Below are positions 57,024 through 64,000 of a stretch of DNA of 64,000 nt, piece by piece (the stretch's first letter is position 1; each line of letters starts with the position of its first letter). The notes beneath the pieces were generated by a model that saw nothing but the letters and a program-made list of their open reading frames with translations, searched no databases and was not told the DNA's origin. The DNA is taken from assembly GCF_009914755.1 (NCBI RefSeq), contig NC_060925.1. One strand, 5' to 3'. The stretch is from the human T2T-CHM13v2.0 reference genome, Homo sapiens. Made by a program: the position numbers and the translations under genes.

Positions 57024-57969
57024 ATCTCTGGTTCTTTAAATCTCTTGGAAGTCACTTCAACTAGAGGGAGACAGACTTGTTACAAATCAGGAGAGGTGCA
57101 ACAATAATGACTGCCTGCCTCTTTGTCTGCACCTCTATAGTCATAAGCAGTAACCAGCAACCGAAGCACAGATCTCTGATATTTGAAGGGCAGGATTCTC
57201 TTTGCTTCTCCTGGTTCCTTTGAGGTCTGTGCAAACTGTTTCAGAAACATATGCATGGCTGTCTGCCACAGAGATGGGGGAATGGATAGCTGCTACTGTG
57301 CTAAAAGCTGAAATTGACTGAAATCAACCACAATTTACTGTCCCTGCCTTCCCCTGGAAATTTCAAACCTTCAATAGGCTTCAAAATTCCAAAATAGTTA
57401 CATCAGAAAGATTGTGCCAGTGCGGTTATTGCCTAGGTGGGGAAACAGATTCCTGGTGCTTCCTAAACTGCCATTTTCCAAGAGTCTTCTCCTGTTCCAG
57501 TTTTAATATGCACAGGAAAATAACATTAACTCTTCTTGGTAGGAAAGCATCTCTGAATTAGTAAAATATATGAATTAAATATGTTTAATGTGGAGTTTGA
57601 TTATTTTTATACTTAAAATAATTAGAGGCTAACAATATGTTGTTTGCTAAAGTGGCATTCAGAGGACCCCTTTCGTGAATGCAAAATATTATTTTAATTA
57701 TACATACCAAATATTTATATTTACATGTAGCTGTACATTTTTTGGAAAATGTTTTTTCTCTTAAGTTGCTTTAAAATCCTATTTACAATCATTTTAAAAC
57801 CAAAATTTATTTAGCAAGCTCTTCTTTCTCACCCCATTGAACTTGTGCTATGTAAGTTCCTATCCAATGAATCATCAATATTAAATTAAGGCATTCTAAA
57901 TTTTCCTAAAATAGTAGCTATCATGATTATGTTCCATATCTTCTACATTAACTGTATAAAGCTGGGATC

Positions 57970-58250
57970 TACATTAACTATCTCCTCAGTGAAGCCTTCC
58001 CCAGTCACTGCATCTAAAATTTAAAAACCTCCTTATTCTCAACACTTCTAATCTCCCTTCTCAAGTGTTGCTTTTCTTCTTAACATTTATTGTTATCTAA
58101 CACATTATTATATAGCTTAGTTTTTCTTATTCATTTTTTGTCTCTCACATTTGACTATACACTTCATAAAGGCAGAATTCTCTGCTTGTTCACTGCTGTA
58201 TCCCTGTCACCTATCACCTAGGAAGTTGGTGCTACCAATATATGTTTCTT
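57970..58250 (+). mobile_element. L2a 3' fragment
   Basis: atctcctcagtgaagccttcccc, cttcataaaggcagaa...cttgttcactgctgtatccc. Confidence 0.85.
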
Positions 58251-58517
58251 CAAACTCAATACCTTGCTTAACACCTAGTGAGAAGGTGTTTGGCATGTGA
58301 TGTGATACTTGGAGGTGGCCATAGTGGATTGAATTATTTCCAAATGTTCTAGCAGATAAAAAATTGTGATAGTGAGAATTACCCAATTTAAATAACCATA
58401 TTTCACCCTTGTCTGAAGCCACTTGGAGAGGAGACAGTTTACCAAACATCTTACTTTTGGACCCGGCATTCATGTAACCCTCTTTGTACACAGTATTTGG
58501 ACACACAGTGACTCTTT

Positions 58518-58900
58518 TGTTAGGATTTGAGAGAAAGAGTTAGAGGGAGAAAATGACATTTTCTTTTCTGCTGGATGTAAGTAAACCTGGGATCAAGTGG
58601 GCCTGGGGCTCCAAGAAACCACCTTGGCATTTCATAGAAACCTAAAAATAAAGCCACTGACCAAGAGGCAGAACTAAAACATGGGTAATTAGTTCTAGAG
58701 GCATTCGTTGAGTGTCTGGATACAGCTATGTCTGAAAATGGTTTTGCCCCAACACTTTTTAGTAAGGAGAGCCAATGAATCCACTTACTACCACCCCTGG
58801 CAATTTTGTCTTTTGGGGATTTTGTTTATTTGTTTGTTTTTGGCTTAAGCCAAATTTAATTAGGTTTTCCATCATTGCACAAGAAGGAGCTGATAAAGAT
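58518..58900 (+). mobile_element. Old MaLR LTR (MLT1J/K/L-like)
   Basis: cattcgttgagtgtctggatacagctatgtctgaa, gagagccaatgaatcc, gcttaagccaaatttaattaggttttccatca. Confidence 0.75.
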
Positions 58901-59294
58901 AGTGAATAACTAAATTTATAAAATGTATTCCAAAATTAGAGTATTGGGGTTACATTAAAAACTGGGTATAGTATGTTTCACAAGTAAAATTGACTCTGAA
59001 AGAAAAATAATATAACATCAGTTAAATTTGAAGATAATTTTTTAAACTTAAAAAATTAGAACTATTTTTAAGATAGATGGAAGGGTAGATGGATGGGTGG
59101 ATGGAGAGAGAAAGAGAAAGTTTTATTTGGAGGTCTATGGTGACCTTTCAGGGACAGTGTTGAAATCTGGTTCATGATTAAAGCAGGGTGTGGTTAAAAG
59201 GGGCAGGGATGGAAAATTGTTTTTTGGCAACTTGTTAGAGGTGTGGGGTTAAACTGTTAAAGAAGCCACAAAAGTCTATTGCCAGAAGAGAAAA

Positions 59295-59525
59295 ATAAAA
59301 ACCTTACAGCAGCTTTACACTGGGCCAAGCACTGTTAACTGCTTTAGGCATGGTCTCATTGAGTTCTAAAACTGATGTAGATTTTATATTATTATGAACA
59401 TGTTAGAGATGGGGAGATTAGACTGGAGAAGTTAAATAATCTGTCCAAGTTTTCACAATAACCAGTGAAGACTGGGTTTGAACCCAGGTCTGTAAAATTG
59501 CTGGCCTCATGCTTTTACCAACTAA
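59295..59525 (-). mobile_element. MIR
   Basis: gccaagcactgtt...agagatggggagatt...gaagttaaataatctgtccaag...gggtttgaacccaggtctg. Confidence 0.85.
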
Positions 59526-61469
59526 ACAGATGTTCAGCCCTGTTGCCGCTTCTAATTTAGAAAAGATTTTATTGACACTTCTTTGCTCCCTTTCATGTTG
59601 AGGACTTTTTTTCCTCTAATGATTCTTATATCAAAATCCTCTTGATTGAAAATCATCATGCATGAAATACTGACTCATAACCATGGAAAAGTGTTTTATT
59701 TTTCCGGGAAATTTTCCTCTTCTCTGTCCCTCAGTCTGGATTATCATAAGGAAAATGGTTTTTCTCACTTGTCTTTGAATTAAAGAAAAACATATTATTT
59801 AATTTTTTAAAGCATGAAATCTCAATGTTCTTTTTTAACTGTGTCAAGGAGGGTTTTGTTTTGTTTGTTTGGCTTGTGTGTTTTTGTTCATTTTTCTGCA
59901 GTGAAGATGTGCAAAGCCTTTAAAATCTAAAGGAGGTAAAAATGGGATCTGTTCTGGCTTAGCATGCATCTTTAGATATGTCTTGGAAATCACTGGTCTA
60001 TTGGTCAAAGTTGCCTGATAGCAGCACTATTTTCAGGAAGTAACTTCCTAGAAGAAATTCACTTTCTTAGCTTCTCCAGGATGGGTTGAGTTCTACTTGA
60101 TCCTTGCTGATGAATGGCAAATATGTATGTTTGTGAGAGTCTCATACAGGATATTCTGGGGTCTGCTTTTACCTCTAACGGGAACATATTCTCAGTCTAG
60201 GCAAATGCTGGTTAATATTGGGGTGTCTACAGAGAGGTGAGGATCTTGGCCAATTAGAATTGATCTAATTAAGATTTCCTACTAGCTGAGGCAGACTGAT
60301 TTTTTTCCATTTGTTACATTTTAAAGCATCTTTAAAACTATTTTTTACATTAAAATGTGAGGACCTGAAAGTTTATATTCATCAGAAGTAAAAAGAAATT
60401 TAACAAAACCTATTAAGTGTGAAAAAGACACAGATTTTTTTTTGCTGACCACCCAGGTATCACACGCAAGTTACTTTTCCTTCCATACATACACCTTCTC
60501 AGTTTAGGCCAATAAGAATTTTCCTAAAACTAGTACAGTGTGTGCTTTGAACATAAGACTTTTGGAAATAAACTTCTTTCAGGCATCCAAATATCCTGGA
60601 AGGAAAGTAAGAGGCAGCTTTTAAAAACTTGAAAATGAAGGCGATTAGAAAGAACTTTGAGGAAGGGCAGCTCTTCTGTTGGGAAGGGGAAAATGAGGTT
60701 TTAGTATGGGAGCAGAATTCTCCTGGAACAGAGAAGAGAGAAGCCACTGCATGTGGTCCTTAGGCCAGCCATGTATCCTGAAGAGGGAACACAAAGTTGG
60801 AAAGCATCTTTCTGGTGATTTCCCACCAGGTCAATAACATGCAGTCTGCTTCTGAGAATATGTAACTAGAGAACGTTCCCTCTCTTAACTGCATAGCTGT
60901 GACATTGGTAAGCAAGAGTACTTACTTTATCATTCAACTGAGGTCATATTATATAAAATGATAACTATCACCATGCCTTGCATCAGGGCATTGGGAACTT
61001 TGGCATAGTTGCCATGGCATCCTCCCGGCAGAACAATTGGAATCCTGTCACTATTGTTAAATAATGCTGGGCCCTGGCTAGTCTCTACCCTCAGAAGTTA
61101 TTCTCATGCTTATTTATAAAGGCTACATTCAAACTTATTTTTAAAAGTTGTTAGATTTAAGAAAGGAAATATGTGATAAGAGTATATTTAATGTGAGATT
61201 CATATTTTGATACATGACACAAAATTCAGCCTTTGAGGGAAAGGTATCACTAGAAATACATGGCATGGAAGAATCAAACACAACCTGAAGATGTTTTAAG
61301 TGCTGATAAAACAAAGACCAAACATTATTAGGCTCATCAGTCTATTTCTCTTAAAAAATTAAAAGAGAGAAAGGGGGATAGGGAAATGTGGTGCACATTG
61401 AGGCAGTAGCTGTATGCCATGAAATGGCCAGCTTTACAATTATAGATTATTTTATTCTAGGCAGCTTTC

Positions 61470-61580
61470 TCAGACACTAAGAACAACAGTATGTGACTCA
61501 TGGTAGGCACTCAAATCGTTGGCCATCTATCTAAAGTGATTAATCTAGTTTTCAGTCAACAATGAATGAATTAGATAAAT
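61470..61580 (+). mobile_element. L2 3' end fragment
   Basis: ctaagaacaacagtatgtgactcatggtaggcactcaaat...aatgaatgaat. Confidence 0.55.
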
Positions 61581-61834
61581 AATTCTATAATAGTATTTCA
61601 ATAAATATTCAATAGATATTATTTATTGGTAGATCATTAATTACTATGCAAATATAATTTCTAGATGAAAAGTACAGACCTAAGTCATTAATTGAGGCTC
61701 TCATTAGGGGGAAGAATGATGAAAAAACAACAACAGAGAAATTAGATATCCTGCTAGATGATTTAAACATATTGATACATGTGCTAGTCAATGCATTTAA
61801 CAAGAAAAGAAATAACAAAAGAAGAATCCACTTT

Positions 61835-63959
61835 AAAATTCTGTTCTTAGAAGTTCTAGCCAGAGCAATCAGGTAAGAGAAATAAATAAAAGGCATACTA
61901 ACGGGAAAAAAAGGCTAATTATTTCTGATATGATTTGCTGATATGATTCTATATCTAGAAAACCCTAAAGACTCTGCCAAAAGGCTTCTAGAACTGATAA
62001 ACACCTTCAGTAAGGTTTCAGGATACAAAATCAACATACAAAAATCAGTAGCATTCTTATACACCAATAACATTCAAACTGAGAGTCACATCAAGAACAC
62101 AATCCCGTTTATAATGGCACAGAAAAAAAAACCATAAAATGCTTAGGAATACATTGAACCAAGGAGGTGAAAGATATCTACAAGAATTACAAAACGCTGT
62201 GGAAAAAAGATCAAAGATGACACACACAAATGCAAAAATATTCTATGCTCATGGATTGGAAGGATTAATATCACTAAAATGGCCACACTGCCCAAAGAAA
62301 TCTACAGATTCAATGCTATTACTATCAAACTACCAATGTCATTTTTTACAGAATTGGAAAAATCTATTCCAAAATTTATATGGAACCAAAAAAGAGCTAA
62401 ATAGTCAAAGCAATCCTAAGCAAAAAAATAACAAAGCCAGAGACATCATGTCTCCTGACTTCAAACTATAGTATAAGGCTACAGTAATCAACACAACATG
62501 GTACTACTACAAAAACAGACACATAGACCAATGAAACAGATTAGAGAACCCAGAAATAAAGCTGCACATTTACAACCATCTGATCTTTGACAAAGTTAGT
62601 AAAAATAAGCAATTAAGAAAAGACTTTCTAATCAATAATTGGCACTGGGATAACTGGCCAGCCATATGCGGAAGAATGAAACTGGATCCCTATTTCCACC
62701 ATGTAGTTTTATAGTTCGGATTCTTATATTTACATCTTTAATTAAAGATTTAATATTTAAAGATTTATATATAAGACCCCAAACTATAAAAATCTTAGAA
62801 GAAAACCTAGGAAATACCATTGTGGACATCAGCCTTAGCAAAGAATTTATGACTAAGTCCTCAAAAATAATTGAAACAAAAACAAAATTTGATAAGTGGG
62901 ACCTAATTAAACTTAAAGAATTTTTGTGCAGCAAAATGAACTATCAACAGAATAAACAGACAACTTATAGAATGGGAGGAAATATTTGCAGACTATATGT
63001 TTGACAAAAGTCTAATATCCAGAATCTATAAGGAACTTAATTCAACAAGCAGAAAACAAAGAATCCTGTTTAAAAGTGGGCAAAGGACATTAACAGATAA
63101 TTCTCAAAGAAAACATACAAGCAGCTAACAAACATAGAAAAAAATGCTCAACACCACAAATTAGCAGAGAAATGCAAACCAAAACCACAATGAAATATCA
63201 TCTCACACCTGTAAGAATAATGACTATTACTAAAAAGATTTTTAAAAAAATAGCAGATTCAGGCAGGGCTGCAGAGAAAAGGGAATGCTTACACAGTGTT
63301 GGTGGGAGTGTAAATTAGTTCAGCCACTGTGAAAAGCAGTTTGGAGATTTCTCAAAAGAACTTAAAGCAGAGCTACTATTCAACCCAGCAATCTTATTAC
63401 TGGACATATATCCAAAGGAAAATAAATCGTTCCAAAAAAAAAAGATACATGCACTTGTATATTCATAACAGGACTATTTACAATAGCAAAGACATGGAAT
63501 CAACCTAGGTGCTCATCAGCAGTGGATTGGAAAAAGAAAATCTGATGCATATACACTGTGGAATACTGTGCAGCCATGAAACAGAATGCGATTATAGCCT
63601 TTGCAGAAACATGGATGCAACTGGAGGCCATTATTCTAGCTGAATTAATGCAAGAACAGACAACCAAATACCACAAACATGTTCTTGCTTATAAGTATGA
63701 GCTAAACACTGGGTACATATAGACATAAAGATGGAAACAATAGACACTGGAGACTACTGGGGGAGAAGGGGAGGGAGTCAAGGGCTGAAAAACTACCTAT
63801 TGGGTACTATGGTCACTACCTGGATGATGGGATCATTCATATCTGAAACCTCAGCGTCACCTAATATACTCATGAACAAACCTGCACATGTACCCTCTGA
63901 ATTTAACATAAAAGTTGAAATTATAAAAAATAAATAATTAAAATGTTAAAAAATTTTTT
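61835..63959 (+). mobile_element. 5'-truncated L1PA16/17-like element
   Basis: ORF2 remnants [20 protein letters not shown] and [13 protein letters not shown]; 3' end aacaaacctgcacatgtaccc...aaagttgaaattataaaaaa; TSD gaagaatccacttt (61821-61834) / gaagaatcctgcttt (63960-63974). Confidence 0.92.
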
Positions 63960-64000
63960 GAAGAATCCTGCTTTTGCATTCTAGAACTTTTCAGAAACCG

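Overview
Primate (very probably human) AT-rich, CpG-depleted non-genic or intronic DNA with no intact protein-coding gene. About 1-19 kb, 38.1-39.8 kb and 57.5-61.8 kb are mostly unique sequence sprinkled with ancient MIR, L2, L1ME and MLT1 fragments. The rest is two nested transposon stacks. Stack 1 (20.4-35.3 kb) is an old + strand L1M body holding two AluJ, a MER20, a full-length antisense L1MA4-like element (itself holding an AluS), a HAUS4 processed pseudogene and a 5'-truncated L1PA3/4; a two-LTR MSTA MaLR element follows it. Stack 2 (39.8-57.5 kb) is a full-length antisense L1MB3/4-like element holding a full-length L1MA1-like element, an internally deleted L1PA15-like element (with an AluJ), an MSTB solo LTR, a MER2 and an AluY. 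A truncated L1PA16-like element ends the window. Most notable: (i) the HAUS4 retrocopy appears to derive from an exon-skipped, frameshifted (NMD-type) isoform; (ii) a two-template ~200 bp insertion that preserves the ancestral L1 insertion junction; (iii) three independent fold-back templated insertions in different L1s; (iv) a 50-bp orphan poly(A) retro-insertion; (v) a perfect DUX4 motif in the MSTB LTR and several candidate enhancer motif clusters. From memory, HAUS4P1 lies on human 1q24.2 near GORAB/PRRX1; this is unverified. Repeat subfamily names come from recalled consensus sequences, not from a search. I found no evidence of a novel gene system.
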